The notes: generated by a model from the sequence alone, not told the origin. A DNA stretch of 64,000 nucleotides from an uncultured Rickettsiaceae bacterium (GCA_905479865.1 CAJQOD010000006.1:7578-71577); one strand, 5' to 3'. Shown: positions 51,091 to 62,348, counted from the first letter of the stretch. Translations and numbers: made by a program.

Positions 51091-51720
51091 TTAGCTTATA
51101 TTCTTCAGGAATTCAACAGCAAACTCTATCCCGCTTGCATCAATAGAGTGGGTAAGGTTTGGCACTATAAGTAGCTGATGTTCAATATTATTTTGTTTAC
51201 AATATTCTGCTGTGTCTATACTTCCATTTGCTTCAACTACATCATCATCTTCACCATGTATAAGGCAAAATGGAGTTAGTTTATTCTTTAATTTCGGTGG
51301 CAGAAGTCTACCTGAAAAGCCAACCAATGCTGCAAACGGAATTTCCTGAATAAGAGTAAGATATGTAGCCATCATTGTACCTTGAGAAAACCCAAACAAG
51401 ATTGTTTCAGCGTTGGTAAGACCTAATTCTTTTTGCTTATCCTGAATCAATTTAAAGGTAAGTGGTGCGCTAACTGCTACTAATTTCATAATAGTATCGG
51501 GAGTGCGATCTTGCAGGCTGAACCATTGTCTACCAAAAGGCGCCATATCATAAGACTCAACACCATGCAGGGAAATAAAATGGTAATTTGGCAGTGATTT
51601 CTGGATGTACGGTACCAGACTGATTAGGTCATTGCCATCAGAGCCTACACCATGCAGCATTACCATTAATTTATCAGTTTTTCCATTAAGTGGTTTTATT
51701 TCCGGATATTCCATATTCAT
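51091..51720 (-). CDS. Phospholipase/carboxylesterase (alpha/beta hydrolase)
   Basis: LHGVG, RQWF, GFSQG, HG.DD.VV, HSI. Confidence 0.9.
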   Translation of the reverse strand: MNMEYPEIKPLNGKTDKLMVMLHGVGSDGNDLISLVPYIQKSLPNYHFISLHGVESYDMAPFGRQWFSLQDRTPDTIMKLVAVSAPLTFKLIQDKQKELGLTNAETILFGFSQGTMMATYLTLIQEIPFAALVGFSGRLLPPKLKNKLTPFCLIHGEDDDVVEANGSIDTAEYCKQNNIEHQLLIVPNLTHSIDASGIEFAVEFLKNIS

Positions 51721-52352
51721 AAATTTATTGTATTATAATATTTGCAGTATTTTGTGATAGCACATTCTTCACATAAAGGTTTTCTGGCTTTGCAAGTGTA
51801 TCTCCCATGCAGAATCAGCCAATGATGTGCGTGCTGCATCCATTTCGGCGGTATATTTTTTAGTAAATCTTTCTCTACTTTTTCCGGTGTTTTGCCAGTG
51901 CTAAGGTCAATTCTGTGTGATACTCTATATACATGAGTATCAACTGCCATAGTTAACTTTCCGAAAGCACAGTTGAGTATAACATTAGCGGTTTTCCTGC
52001 CAATTCCCGGCAGCTTCACCAACTGATCAAAAGTTCCTGGTATTTCTGAATTATATTTATCGATCAAAATTTCACAAAGTGCAATGATATTTTTTGCTTT
52101 TGAATTGTAAAGTCCAATAGTTTTTATATAAGCTTTTAATCCATCCTCGCCAAGTGTTAATATTTTTTGTGGATTATCGTAATTGATGAATAGATGTTTT
52201 GTTGCTTTATTAACAGAAATATCAGTCGCTTGTGCTGATAAAATAACAGCTACAGCAAGGGTAAAATTATTACTATATTCCAGTTCTGTCTCCGGATATG
52301 GATTTTGATTACTGAATATCTGAAAGATTTTATTTATATTTTTACGATCCAT
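51717..52352 (-). CDS. nth: Endonuclease III
   Basis: [33 protein letters not shown].....C. Confidence 0.97.
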   Translation of the reverse strand: MDRKNINKIFQIFSNQNPYPETELEYSNNFTLAVAVILSAQATDISVNKATKHLFINYDNPQKILTLGEDGLKAYIKTIGLYNSKAKNIIALCEILIDKYNSEIPGTFDQLVKLPGIGRKTANVILNCAFGKLTMAVDTHVYRVSHRIDLSTGKTPEKVEKDLLKNIPPKWMQHAHHWLILHGRYTCKARKPLCEECAITKYCKYYNTINL

Positions 52353-52474
52353 AATATCCTGCTATACTTAATCCATACGGAATTTTGTTTTATTTTATAT
52401 GCTAAACTGAGTATATTGTATATAGTTGTATTAGGTGTTCATAATAATGATATTTTTATAAGGGTTTTTGGAGA

Positions 52475-52819
52475 ATGAGTGACAACAAAATTGTTGATCT
52501 TATCAAGGAGCAAGTTTCTAATAATGACATCGTGCTATATATGAAAGGTACCGCAGATTTTCCACAATGCGGCTTTTCTGCAATGGTGGTTGGTATTTTG
52601 CAAACGCTAGGGTTGAAATTCAAGGATGTAGATATATTGGAAAATCCTGAACTCAGGCAGGGAGTTAAGGATTTTTCCGACTGGCCAACCATTCCACAGC
52701 TTTATATTGCCGGAGAGTTTGTTGGAGGTTGTGATATTGTGCGTGAAATGTATGAAAGTGGTGAGCTTTCAACGTTAATTAAAAATTTTCATAATCAGGA
52801 AGCTTTGAGTAACATCTAA
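52475..52819 (+). CDS. grxD: Monothiol glutaredoxin Grx4
   Basis: PQCGFS, WPTIPQLY, GGCDI. Confidence 0.97.
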   Translation: MSDNKIVDLIKEQVSNNDIVLYMKGTADFPQCGFSAMVVGILQTLGLKFKDVDILENPELRQGVKDFSDWPTIPQLYIAGEFVGGCDIVREMYESGELSTLIKNFHNQEALSNI

Positions 52820-52832
52820 ACATTTTATACAA

Positions 52833-53765
52833 ATGCCAAAAGAAGCAATCTTAATAAAGAATCTTGTCAAATGTTATGGCAAAGACGAAGCAGAAGGTGG
52901 CTATCTTGCCCTGGATAATTTAGATTTTGCCGTACCTCGTGGTTCTATTTTTGGATTGCTTGGGCCTAACGGAGCCGGTAAATCTACTTTAATCAATATA
53001 CTTGCCGGTACAGTGGTTAAAACTTCTGGCAAAGTGAAGATCCTGGGTATTAATATTGATGATTTTCCTAAGAAGGCCAGGTCATTAATTGGCATTGTTC
53101 CCCAAGAAATAACGTTTGACAGCTTCTTTCCTATTTGGCAGGCATTGGAATTTACTGCGGGATATTTTGGAATAAAGCCCGCTTTGCGCAAAACTGAGGA
53201 AATTTTAAAAGCCTTGAGTCTTTGGGATAAAAGAGATGTCTTACCACGTCAACTTTCAGGAGGTATGAAGCGAAGGTTTTTAATTGCTAAAGCTATGGTG
53301 CATTCTCCAAAAGTATTGATTCTTGATGAACCTACAGCAGGGGTTGATATTGAACTCCGCACACAGCTTTGGAATTATGTTAAAGAGCTAAATAAGCAAG
53401 GTATTACTATAATTATTACAACGCACTATCTTGCAGAGGCGCAAGAGCTATGTGATGAGATAGCCTTTATAAATAAAGGCAAGATTATTAAACAGGATTC
53501 TAAACAGAATCTGCTTCAGGAACTGGGTACTCGGCACATTGATGTGGAATTTAACAAACCTGTTAATTTAAAAAATCTAAAATTCTCTAAAAAGATTATA
53601 GTTGAAGCGTTGTCAGATAGTGTATTGCGTTTTCAACTTAATACTAAAGAAAATAATTACTCCACGTTGCTTAAGGAAATTTGCTCTATTGGCAAAGAAA
53701 TAAAGGATTTGAGAGGCACTCAACCGGACCTTGAGAAAATTTTCCACCAAATTATAAAAAACTAA
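52833..53765 (+). CDS. ABC-2 type transporter ATP-binding protein (YadG-like)
   Basis: GPNGAGKST, IGIVPQE, LSGGMKRR, LDEPTAGVD, TTHYL.EA. Confidence 0.92.
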   Translation: MPKEAILIKNLVKCYGKDEAEGGYLALDNLDFAVPRGSIFGLLGPNGAGKSTLINILAGTVVKTSGKVKILGINIDDFPKKARSLIGIVPQEITFDSFFPIWQALEFTAGYFGIKPALRKTEEILKALSLWDKRDVLPRQLSGGMKRRFLIAKAMVHSPKVLILDEPTAGVDIELRTQLWNYVKELNKQGITIIITTHYLAEAQELCDEIAFINKGKIIKQDSKQNLLQELGTRHIDVEFNKPVNLKNLKFSKKIIVEALSDSVLRFQLNTKENNYSTLLKEICSIGKEIKDLRGTQPDLEKIFHQIIKN

Positions 53766-53773
53766 TAGCTTTT

Positions 53774-54589
53774 ATGATAGAAATTCTGCGCAACAGGGCT
53801 GTGCTGCATATTACCGGTTCAGATGCAGCCGTATTTTTGCAGGGGATGACGACAAACGATATCATTAAAAATATTTATTCCTATAATTTTCTGCTGACTA
53901 ATCAAGGCAAATATTTATTTGATTTTTTTGTATACAGGCAAAGCAAGGATTCATATTTCCTGGATGTACATCTGGATAATTTTGCTGATCTACTCAAGCG
54001 TCTTACATTATATAAGTTAAGACGTAATCTTGAGATTAGAGATGTTTCACTTGAGTATAATATTCTATATTCAAAATCACCAATAGAGTCTGAAGTAGAA
54101 TTTTCCATACAGGATCCAAGATATAATAAGCTTGGATACAGATCGATGGTTAAACATTCAAATATTAATTTATTTGAAGTAACTGATGGGTTGTACCTTG
54201 CTGATAAGTACAGGTACGCTATAATTGATGGTAACCCGGATCTTATATATGATAGATCAATACCGGTTGAATATGGCGCAGAAGAGCTTCATGCCATAGA
54301 TTATCATAAAGGTTGCTATGTTGGACAGGAAGTAATTTCAAGAGTGAAATATCAGGGAGTTGTAAGAAAAAAGATTTTTAAATTACAGTTTGAGACAAAA
54401 ACTACACTTAATTTATCAGAAGCTACTATCGCTGATCTAAATGGTAACAAGCTCGGGGTTGTATGTTCTAATTATGAAAATCAGGCTATTGGTTTGCTTA
54501 GAGAAGAAAAGTTCCTGGAACTTGAACAAAAAGTAGCCATGGTTGATAACCGGCTTGTTAACATTGAAATCCCTCCCTGGAGAAGCTAG
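53774..54589 (+). CDS. ygfZ: Folate-binding Fe-S maturation factor YgfZ
   Basis: G.DA..FLQG..TND and the KGCYVGQE signature. Confidence 0.92.
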   Translation: MIEILRNRAVLHITGSDAAVFLQGMTTNDIIKNIYSYNFLLTNQGKYLFDFFVYRQSKDSYFLDVHLDNFADLLKRLTLYKLRRNLEIRDVSLEYNILYSKSPIESEVEFSIQDPRYNKLGYRSMVKHSNINLFEVTDGLYLADKYRYAIIDGNPDLIYDRSIPVEYGAEELHAIDYHKGCYVGQEVISRVKYQGVVRKKIFKLQFETKTTLNLSEATIADLNGNKLGVVCSNYENQAIGLLREEKFLELEQKVAMVDNRLVNIEIPPWRS

Positions 54590-54625
54590 GTTTAAATTGT
54601 TTTTTAGCTAAAGTTCTACAAAAAA

Positions 54626-54661
54626 TAGATTGCCACACCCCTAAAGTGGTTCGCAATGACG
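54626..54661. repeat. Solo RPE/REP-like end unit
   Basis: TAGATTGCCACACCCCTAAAGTGGTTCGCAATGACG; 34/36 identical to 31791-31826. Confidence 0.85.
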
Positions 54662-54812
54662 AAAAAAAGTGCAACACTCACCCCAAAGGAGTGATAGAGA
54701 CTGCGGGTAATCTATTTAATATTATTAAAGCTCTTTTGTTATGTTCATTATAGATAATCATATTCGGGGAATTGGTATTATACAAAAAACCAGTAACCAG
54801 TTAATATAACTC

Positions 54813-54841
54813 TTGACGTATCTCCAAATAGTATTTACTAT
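54813..54841 (+). promoter_or_regulatory. Sigma70-type promoter for tlc
   Basis: TTGACG - 17 bp - TACTAT, 46 bp before the ATG. Confidence 0.55.
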
Positions 54842-54886
54842 GCACACCTAGCCAGGGAACTTACATCAGGTTAGGTCTACACATCT

Positions 54887-56452
54887 ATGACGGATATTTT
54901 AGAAAATAAGCTACAGGTGAGCAAAACTTCTGAAATCGTTATTCCCCCTTCGAAATATGGAAAATTTTTGGATTATGTTTGGCCAATTGAACGGTCTGAA
55001 CTACCTAAATTTTTATCCATTACACTATTAATGTTCTGTATTCTTGGGATTCAAAACCTGATTCGGGCAATGAAAGATAGCGTGATCAATACTATGATTG
55101 GCACGGAAACAATTTCATTTCTTAAATTTTGGGGCGTGCTACCTGCTGCATTCCTGGTTACAATTCTCTATGTAAAGCTTGTCAGTGTTATGAAGGGAGA
55201 AAACATATTTTATCTCATAATGTCTATTTTTATAGGTTTCTTTTTACTATTTGCATTTTATTTGTTTCCAAACCATGAAATGTTACACCTTAATCCGGAA
55301 ACTGTTAATAATCTGGTTGTTAGCTATCCAAATTTCAAATGGTTTATCCTGTTACTGTCCAACTGGAGTTTTTCCTTGTTTTATGTCGTTGCAGAACTAT
55401 GGCCAAATGCTATATTTGCCCTGTTATTTTGGCAGTTTGTTAATAAAATTACCACGGTTGATGAGTCAAAAAGATTTTACCCTCTATTTGGTTTGTTAGG
55501 GCAGACAGGATTATATTTGTCCGGTCAGTTTTTAATAAATTTATCAACAATGAATCTATATTTTACTGAAATTTTTGCCTTAACTGCACATAAAAGTATT
55601 ATCACAATTCAGCTTGTTGTTATTGTTGTATCGGTCTTGGGCGTAATAGGGCTCATATCTTTTTGGGTTCTTAACCACTGCATTCTTGATATAGCAACTA
55701 CTGAAAATTTACAATTTAGAGTAAAAAAGAATCAGATAGGTTTAAAAGAAAGTATAAAAATGGTTATTGAATCCAGATATATAAGACTGATTACTATTTT
55801 GCTGATCTGCTATGGTTTTGCAATTAATTTGGTTGAAGGACCATGGAAAGCTGAAGCCGCACAAATTTATAAAACTCCCACTGAGTTTGCTGCATTTGTT
55901 GGAAATTATTTGAGCTATACAGGTATATTAACCATTATATTTGTACTGCTTGGTTCTAATATAGTCAGGAAATTAGGATGGATGTCTGCAGCGATAATCA
56001 CGCCTATTATGGTATTGGTTACAGGTCTTTCATTCTTTTTTGTTACCAACTTTGACCCAATAGCCATGTTTATGATGACGTATTTTGCCTTTACTGATCC
56101 TGTGATGCTGGCAATTATTATTGGTGCTATTCAAAATGTACTGAGTAAATCAAGTAAATATACCCTGTTTGATTCTACCAAAGAAATGTCGTATGTCCCG
56201 CTTGACGAACAGTTAAAAACCAGAGGTAAGGCAGCAGCAGATATGGTAGGTATTAAGCTTGGCAAATCGAGCAGTGCATTGTTACAATCAATGATATTCG
56301 TAATCCTTCCTGCAGCCACATATTCATCAATTTCTCCAGTTTTAATGTGTGTATTTACGGTAATCTGTGTAATTTGGATTTGGGCAGTTATTGAACTCAA
56401 TAAAGAATACAAAGCTGCCTGTTGCGACAAAGGTGAGGAAAGTATATATTAG
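54887..56452 (+). CDS. tlc: Npt/Tlc family nucleotide translocase
   Basis: ELPKFL, FLKFWGVLP, AELW, FWQFVN, KRFYP, SKY.LFD.TKEM.Y.PLD, GKA..D..G.KLGKS. Confidence 0.95.
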   Translation: MTDILENKLQVSKTSEIVIPPSKYGKFLDYVWPIERSELPKFLSITLLMFCILGIQNLIRAMKDSVINTMIGTETISFLKFWGVLPAAFLVTILYVKLVSVMKGENIFYLIMSIFIGFFLLFAFYLFPNHEMLHLNPETVNNLVVSYPNFKWFILLLSNWSFSLFYVVAELWPNAIFALLFWQFVNKITTVDESKRFYPLFGLLGQTGLYLSGQFLINLSTMNLYFTEIFALTAHKSIITIQLVVIVVSVLGVIGLISFWVLNHCILDIATTENLQFRVKKNQIGLKESIKMVIESRYIRLITILLICYGFAINLVEGPWKAEAAQIYKTPTEFAAFVGNYLSYTGILTIIFVLLGSNIVRKLGWMSAAIITPIMVLVTGLSFFFVTNFDPIAMFMMTYFAFTDPVMLAIIIGAIQNVLSKSSKYTLFDSTKEMSYVPLDEQLKTRGKAAADMVGIKLGKSSSALLQSMIFVILPAATYSSISPVLMCVFTVICVIWIWAVIELNKEYKAACCDKGEESIY

Positions 56453-56454
56453 TC

Positions 56455-57111
56455 ATGCCTAGTTTATCATTACCGATTTTATATAGCTTTCGCAGATGCC
56501 CTTATGCCATGCGAGCCAGAATGGCTCTACATTATAGCAATATAAATTGCATTTTGCGTGAGGTAGACTTAAAAAACAAACCATCTGCAATGCTTGAAAT
56601 TTCTCCAAAGGGAACAGTACCCGTACTGCAATTGCCAGATGGAAGACTTATAGAAGAAAGCCTGGAGATCATATATTATTCCCTGGATCACTCTGATCCA
56701 TACGGTTTAGCAAACTTAACCGTAGAAACTGCTTCAAAAGCTGGGTATCTTATTGAAAAAAATGACGTGGAGTTTGTCGGTTTACTTCGAAAATACAAAT
56801 ATTCTGAGCGCTATCCTGAAGACACTCAGGTATCCTATCGCAATCAGGTAGAAGAATTGTTTCTTGCGCAGTATGATCAAATGTTAGAAGGGCAGGAGTT
56901 TTTGTTAGGCAAGAAATCCGTTGCAGATATAGCAATTTTACCTTTTATCCGTCAATTTGCTCTTGCTGATGAAGAGTGGTTTTTTAGCTCCAGATATAAA
57001 AACCTGATCAAATGGCTAAACGCAGTCATTCAAAGTGAAGTATTTGAAGCAAAAATTATGGCTAAAAATGAGCCGTGGAAAGAAGGTGATAAAGCTATTT
57101 ACCTTTTATAG
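56455..57111 (+). CDS. Glutathione S-transferase family protein
   Basis: LYSFRRCPYAMRAR, SPKGTVPVL, ESL.I, D.AILPF.RQF. Confidence 0.92.
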   Translation: MPSLSLPILYSFRRCPYAMRARMALHYSNINCILREVDLKNKPSAMLEISPKGTVPVLQLPDGRLIEESLEIIYYSLDHSDPYGLANLTVETASKAGYLIEKNDVEFVGLLRKYKYSERYPEDTQVSYRNQVEELFLAQYDQMLEGQEFLLGKKSVADIAILPFIRQFALADEEWFFSSRYKNLIKWLNAVIQSEVFEAKIMAKNEPWKEGDKAIYLL

Positions 57112-57202
57112 CTACCATGAATGATTTTTCGTTGAAATACAAGTATTTCTCCAGTATATATAAGCTTACTTTAAAAGTTTCTTTTCATTAGAGAATTCAT
57201 TC

Positions 57203-59866
57203 ATGCATAAGTTAATCTATTATTTTGGAAGCGATGGTACCGAAGGCAATGCCACTATGCTGGATATTCTTGGCAGCAAGGGTGCTAATCTTGCACAAAT
57301 GTGTAAATTAGGACTGCCCATTCCACCTGGATTCACTATATCTACCGAATTATGTACGAAATATTCCGCGCATCATACTCACCTTACGCCAAAATTTGAA
57401 GAAGAACTATTAGCTTCCGTTGCTAAATTAGAGAAAGAAACCAAGAAAAAATTTGGTAGCGATAGTAACCCCTTATTACTCTCAGTCCGTTCTGGTGCGA
57501 AAATTTCTATGCCGGGCATGATGGATACTATCTTGAATCTCGGTATGAACGATCAGGTAGCAAAAGCACTTGCTGATAAAACCAAAAATCCTCGCTTTGC
57601 TTATGATAGCTATCGAAGATTTCTTGAGATGTATGGTTCTGTGGTTTTGGGAATTTCCAGTTATTTATTTGAAGAAATTTTTGATAACTATAAAACTAGC
57701 AATAATATTTCCAAAGACAACGATATTACGGTAGAAATTTTACAGAAAATAATCGTAGCTTTTAAAGCAATTATTTTAAAACATACAGGGCGTGAGTTTG
57801 AATCTGATCCATATACGCAGCTTAAATGCGCTATTGAAGCAGTGCTAGCATCCTGGACATGCCCAAGGGCTGTAACTTACCGTAAAATAAACAACATTAG
57901 CGATGAAATCGGTACAGCTGTAAATATTCAGTCAATGGTATTTGGTAATAAAGGTGATGATTCCGCTACTGGCGTAATTTTTACCCGTTGTCCTTCTAGC
58001 GGCAGAAAAGAAATTTTTGGTGAATTTTTAGTAAATGCACAAGGTGAAGATGTAGTAGCAGGAATAAGAACGCCATACCCCATACTTGCAACTATGGAAG
58101 ATGATGGTAGTTCAATGCAGGAACAGATGCCAGAACTTTATGATAAGCTAGTATCTATATGTGATAAACTGGAATTGCACTTCAAAGACATGCAAGACAT
58201 AGAATTCACTATTGAAGAAGGACGGTTATATATTTTGCAAACGAGAAATGGCAAACGTGCAGCAGCATCAGCTGTCAAAATTGCAGTTGATATGGTAGGG
58301 GAAGGGATTTTATCAAAGCAAGATGCCTTGATGCGAATTGACCCTGAATCCCTGAGCCAACTTCTACATACAGCCATTGACTATTCAGATAATCCCACGG
58401 TAATTGCCACAGGGCTTCCGGCTTCACCTGGTGCAAGCACCGGTATTGTGGTGTTTTCTCCGTATGATGCTGAAGAAATGTCTCATCATCATAAAGTGAT
58501 TTTGGTACGCAATGATACAAGTCCGGAAGATATAAAAGGTATGCATGTATCTGCAGGAATCCTCACAGCAAGAGGTGGAATGACCTCACATGCTGCAGTT
58601 GTTGCCCGCGGCATGGGAACTCCGTGTGTATGCGGTGTAAATGGTCTTATTGTAAATGAACAGCAAAAAATATTTACAACAAGTAGTGGGCATAAAATTA
58701 AACAAGGTGATACAATTACTATCGATGGCTCAACAGGTAAAATCATTATCGGAGATGTAAAGCTGATCAAAACCAATTTTTCTGAAGAGTTCAATACTAT
58801 ACTGGAATGGGCGGATGCTGAAAAGGACCTTAAAGTCAGAGCTAATGCTGAAACGGCTCTTGATGCTAGCGTTGCAATTAGATTTGGCGCATGTGGTATT
58901 GGTTTGTGTCGCACGGAACACATGTTCTTTGACAATGATAAAATCCCGCTTGTACGTGAAATGATCATTGCTGGGGATTATGATCAGCGAATGAACTCCA
59001 TAGAGCGGCTAAAACCGTTGCAAACAGCAGATTTCAAATCATTATTTGAAATTATGGATGGCAGACCGGTAAATATTAGATTGTTAGACCCACCGCTACA
59101 TGAATTTTTACCGACAGAAAATAAGGACAAGAAATTATTGGCAGAAAGCTTAAATGTACCAATATCCTTGATCAATCATCGTTTGCATGCCTTACATGAA
59201 TTAAATCCAATGCTTGGTCATAGAGGTTGCAGGCTTGGTATTTCATATCCGGAAATATACATAATGCAAGTTGAAGCAATTTTGCACGCCATGCAGATGC
59301 TACATGCTGAAAAACATGTTGAGAGTAAACTGGAGTTGATGATTCCGCTGATAAGTGAAGTAAAGGAACTTGAGCGTATCAAGAAATACGTAACCCAGAC
59401 CATAAACGCTATGGAAGTTAAATATTCCATTAAATTCAATATTAAACTAGGTACAATGATTGAACTTCCAAGAGCAGCATTAACAGCCGGTGAAATAGCA
59501 AAGCATGTGGACTATTTCAGTTTCGGATCAAATGATTTGACTCAAACTACATTTGGTATCTCCAGAGACGATATCGGATCTTTTTTACCTGATTATATAG
59601 AACAAAAAATCTTCATTCATGATCCATTTGTCAGACTGGATGAACCCGGAGTAGGGCAGCTTATAGATATAGCTATAGAAAGGGGAAAAAAAACAAATGC
59701 TGATCTAACGCTAGGAGTTTGTGGTGAGCATGCAGGGGATCCGGCATCAATAGATTTTTTCCACAAAGCCGGTATTGATTATATTTCCTGTTCACCTTAC
59801 CGTATACCAATCGCACGGGTTGCAGCAGCAAGAAGCAAAATCAGGCTGCTCGGAGAACAAAAATGA
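57203..59866 (+). CDS. ppdK: Pyruvate, phosphate dikinase
   Basis: [48 protein letters not shown]. Confidence 0.98.
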   Translation: MHKLIYYFGSDGTEGNATMLDILGSKGANLAQMCKLGLPIPPGFTISTELCTKYSAHHTHLTPKFEEELLASVAKLEKETKKKFGSDSNPLLLSVRSGAKISMPGMMDTILNLGMNDQVAKALADKTKNPRFAYDSYRRFLEMYGSVVLGISSYLFEEIFDNYKTSNNISKDNDITVEILQKIIVAFKAIILKHTGREFESDPYTQLKCAIEAVLASWTCPRAVTYRKINNISDEIGTAVNIQSMVFGNKGDDSATGVIFTRCPSSGRKEIFGEFLVNAQGEDVVAGIRTPYPILATMEDDGSSMQEQMPELYDKLVSICDKLELHFKDMQDIEFTIEEGRLYILQTRNGKRAAASAVKIAVDMVGEGILSKQDALMRIDPESLSQLLHTAIDYSDNPTVIATGLPASPGASTGIVVFSPYDAEEMSHHHKVILVRNDTSPEDIKGMHVSAGILTARGGMTSHAAVVARGMGTPCVCGVNGLIVNEQQKIFTTSSGHKIKQGDTITIDGSTGKIIIGDVKLIKTNFSEEFNTILEWADAEKDLKVRANAETALDASVAIRFGACGIGLCRTEHMFFDNDKIPLVREMIIAGDYDQRMNSIERLKPLQTADFKSLFEIMDGRPVNIRLLDPPLHEFLPTENKDKKLLAESLNVPISLINHRLHALHELNPMLGHRGCRLGISYPEIYIMQVEAILHAMQMLHAEKHVESKLELMIPLISEVKELERIKKYVTQTINAMEVKYSIKFNIKLGTMIELPRAALTAGEIAKHVDYFSFGSNDLTQTTFGISRDDIGSFLPDYIEQKIFIHDPFVRLDEPGVGQLIDIAIERGKKTNADLTLGVCGEHAGDPASIDFFHKAGIDYISCSPYRIPIARVAAARSKIRLLGEQK

Positions 59867-60933
59867 GTTTCCAGGAAAATTTAAATAAAATTTTACTTAA
59901 ACAACAGGAGCTTTCAGATAGACTTGCCAGCGGTATTACTGGTGACGAGTTTGTAAAAGCATCGAAGGAATATTCTGAACTTGAACCTGTTGTTGAGAAA
60001 ATAGTTGAGTATAATAAAGCATTTTCAGACTTGGAAGGTGCTAAAGAACTAGCAAGTGAAGCAAGTCTTGATATTGAAACCAAGGAAATGATAGAGGAAG
60101 AGTTGCGCGAGCTAAACACTCAGCTGCCAATACTTGAGCGTGCAGTTAAAATTGCACTGCTTCCTAAAGATGAAGCCGATAGTAAAAGTGCTATTATCGA
60201 AGTTAGAGGTGGAACAGGAGGTGAAGAAGCTGCTTTATTTGCTGCAGACTTATTTGCAATGTATCATAGATATGCAGACCTTAAAGGTTGGAAATTCGAA
60301 GTACTTTCAGTTTCTGAGATTGGTGTCGGTGGATATAAAGATGCATCAGCCTCGATCAAAGGTGATGGAGTGTTTTCTCGTCTAAAATTTGAATCAGGTG
60401 TTCATAGAGTGCAAAGAGTGCCGCAAACTGAATCAAGTGGAAGAATCCATACATCAGCTGCCACTGTGGCTGTACTCCCAGAGGCTGAGGAAGTAGATAT
60501 CAAAATTGAAGATAAAGATTTGCGGATTGATACATACAGAGCATCGGGTGCCGGTGGTCAGCACGTTAACACCACGGATTCTGCCGTGCGTATCACACAT
60601 ATTCCAACTGGAGTTGTGGTCGCCATTCAGGATGAAAAATCTCAACATAAAAACAAAGCTAAAGCGTTGAAAATCCTGCGCTCAAGAATATATGAAGAAG
60701 AAAGGCGCGCGCGCGAAGAGGCAAGGGCGACTTCAAGAAAAGGACAAATCGGTTCTGGTGATAGATCAGAAAGAATTCGTACTTATAATTTTCCTCAAAG
60801 CAGAATTAGTGATCATCGCATTAACCTGACATTATACAAGATTGACGAAGTGTTAAAAGAAGGTAAGCTGGATGAATTTATCGATGCTCTTATTGCAGAC
60901 GATGAAGCAAAAAAACTAGCTGGGCAGATATAG
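59863..60933 (+). CDS. prfA: Peptide chain release factor 1
   Basis: [10 protein letters not shown] (PxT), [15 protein letters not shown]. Confidence 0.97.
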   Translation: MSFQENLNKILLKQQELSDRLASGITGDEFVKASKEYSELEPVVEKIVEYNKAFSDLEGAKELASEASLDIETKEMIEEELRELNTQLPILERAVKIALLPKDEADSKSAIIEVRGGTGGEEAALFAADLFAMYHRYADLKGWKFEVLSVSEIGVGGYKDASASIKGDGVFSRLKFESGVHRVQRVPQTESSGRIHTSAATVAVLPEAEEVDIKIEDKDLRIDTYRASGAGGQHVNTTDSAVRITHIPTGVVVAIQDEKSQHKNKAKALKILRSRIYEEERRAREEARATSRKGQIGSGDRSERIRTYNFPQSRISDHRINLTLYKIDEVLKEGKLDEFIDALIADDEAKKLAGQI

Positions 60934-61023
60934 TTAAAAACAAAACATCCTATACAAATATTAATTATTTATATATATAAAATGAATAATAGATATTTTA
61001 CTATTTGTAATAAAATCTATTAT

Positions 61024-61061
61024 AATAAGGCAGTTGTGAGGATTCTACTAACTGCCTTATT
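61024..61061. terminator. Hairpin between convergent prfA and the VOC gene (probable bidirectional terminator)
   Basis: AATAAGGCAGTT / AACTGCCTTATT perfect 12-bp stem. Confidence 0.7.
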
Positions 61062-61069
61062 TAATGTAA

Positions 61070-61530
61070 TTAAGACGCCATTTTTTTCATAGCTTCATTT
61101 ATTTCCTCAGGTGATACGTCACGTACGTGTTCGGCAATTATCCATTCAATATTAAACGGATCAGTAAGTGTTCCCATGCGGTCACCCCAGAACATATCCT
61201 CTATGCCCTTTTTTCAAGCATACCGGCGTCTCTGGCTTTATTAAAAGACGCTTGCACATCTTCGACATAAGAATAAAATGAAATTGGTGAGCCTCCCATA
61301 GATTTAGCAGATTTTGTTTTTACTCCGTCGGTTTCCGAGCTTGGAGTACCCACCATTAGTTTAGCACTACCAATTTGAAGTTCCGCATACATTATATTGC
61401 CGTCAGGAGAGGGCATACTCATATTAACATCTGCATCAAGTGCTTTCTTGTAGAAGTCAATTGCTGCAGACACGTCATCAAATATGATAAACGGTGTTAA
61501 GGAAGTATATCCTTCGGGTATTTTTGACAT
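61070..61530 (-). pseudogene. VOC/PhnB glyoxalase-family gene with a 1-nt frameshift in an A6 run
   Basis: MSKIPEGY.SLTP..AIDFYKKA..PDG.IM.AEL.IG; adding one A at 61209-61214 continues EKKGIEDMFWGDRMG.LTDPF..EW..A.HV.DVSPEE to TAA at 61070 (153 aa). Confidence 0.85.
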
Positions 61531-61576
61531 AAATAATCTCCAATTAAAAGTCAGCTTCATTGCTAACTTAATTTTA

Positions 61577-61613
61577 ATTATACATATAGCTACTGACAGC
61601 ATATTGTCAGTAG
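61577..61613. promoter_or_regulatory. WYL-regulator operator palindrome and activated promoter of the VOC gene
   Basis: CTACTGACA-N6-TGTCAGTAG (61590-61613); the minus strand reads TGTCAG-N10-TATAAT. Confidence 0.8.
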
Positions 61614-61652
61614 TATGGCAATATGCTAAAAAGATTAAAAAATACAAATGCT

Positions 61653-62348
61653 ATGCGCAGGGCAGATAGGTTATTTCGTATTGTTGAGTATCTAAAGGCA
61701 CGCCGTCAGGTGGTAACTGCCGTTAGTATTGCTCAAGCACTGGAAGTAAGCACACGCACAATTTATAGAGATATCGCCGATTTAAATACATCAGGCGTAC
61801 CCATTATTGGTGAAGCAGGTGTTGGTTATATGTTAAGTCGCAACTATGTTGTAAAGCCCCTTATGTTCGGGATTGAAGAGCTTGATGCATTGATGCTTGG
61901 TGCCAGGATGGTAAAAAGCTGGGGAGATAAGGAGTTGGCACAATCGGCAAGTCAGGCAATAGACAAATTAACTTCCGTATTACCGGAAAGTCTACAGCAG
62001 GAAATATCAAGGACATTCCTGTTCTCCAAGACATCCAAAGCTGAAGTTAAGATTAATATTGATTTCACCAGTCTGCGTAGGGCAATACGTACAAAAAACA
62101 AACTACATTTTGTATATAAAAATGCAGAAGGAAACACTACCGCCCGTTGTGTTAGACCACTATGCCTTATATTTTTCAGCCCCATTTGGTTGCTTCTTAC
62201 ATGGTGCGAGAAGCGCAATGAATTCCGTAATTTTAGACTTGATAGAATCGAAGAATTTACCATTCTGGATGAACATTTTAAGGATGAAAAAGGTAAGCGC
62301 CTTTATGATTATTGTCAGCAAAATGGTTATTCTATGGATGGTAAATAA
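61653..62348 (+). CDS. YafY-family HTH-WYL-domain transcriptional regulator
   Basis: MRRADRLF.IV, A..LEVS.RTIYRDI..L..SGVPI.GEAGVGY, WLLLTWCEKR..FRNFRLDRI. Confidence 0.95.
   Translation: MRRADRLFRIVEYLKARRQVVTAVSIAQALEVSTRTIYRDIADLNTSGVPIIGEAGVGYMLSRNYVVKPLMFGIEELDALMLGARMVKSWGDKELAQSASQAIDKLTSVLPESLQQEISRTFLFSKTSKAEVKINIDFTSLRRAIRTKNKLHFVYKNAEGNTTARCVRPLCLIFFSPIWLLLTWCEKRNEFRNFRLDRIEEFTILDEHFKDEKGKRLYDYCQQNGYSMDGK

Noticed and set aside
61531-61652. N-terminal extensions of the VOC (to 61647) and WYL (from 61623) ORFs
   Set aside because: They would overlap each other and the operator; family-typical starts are at 61530 (with a GGAG SD) and 61653
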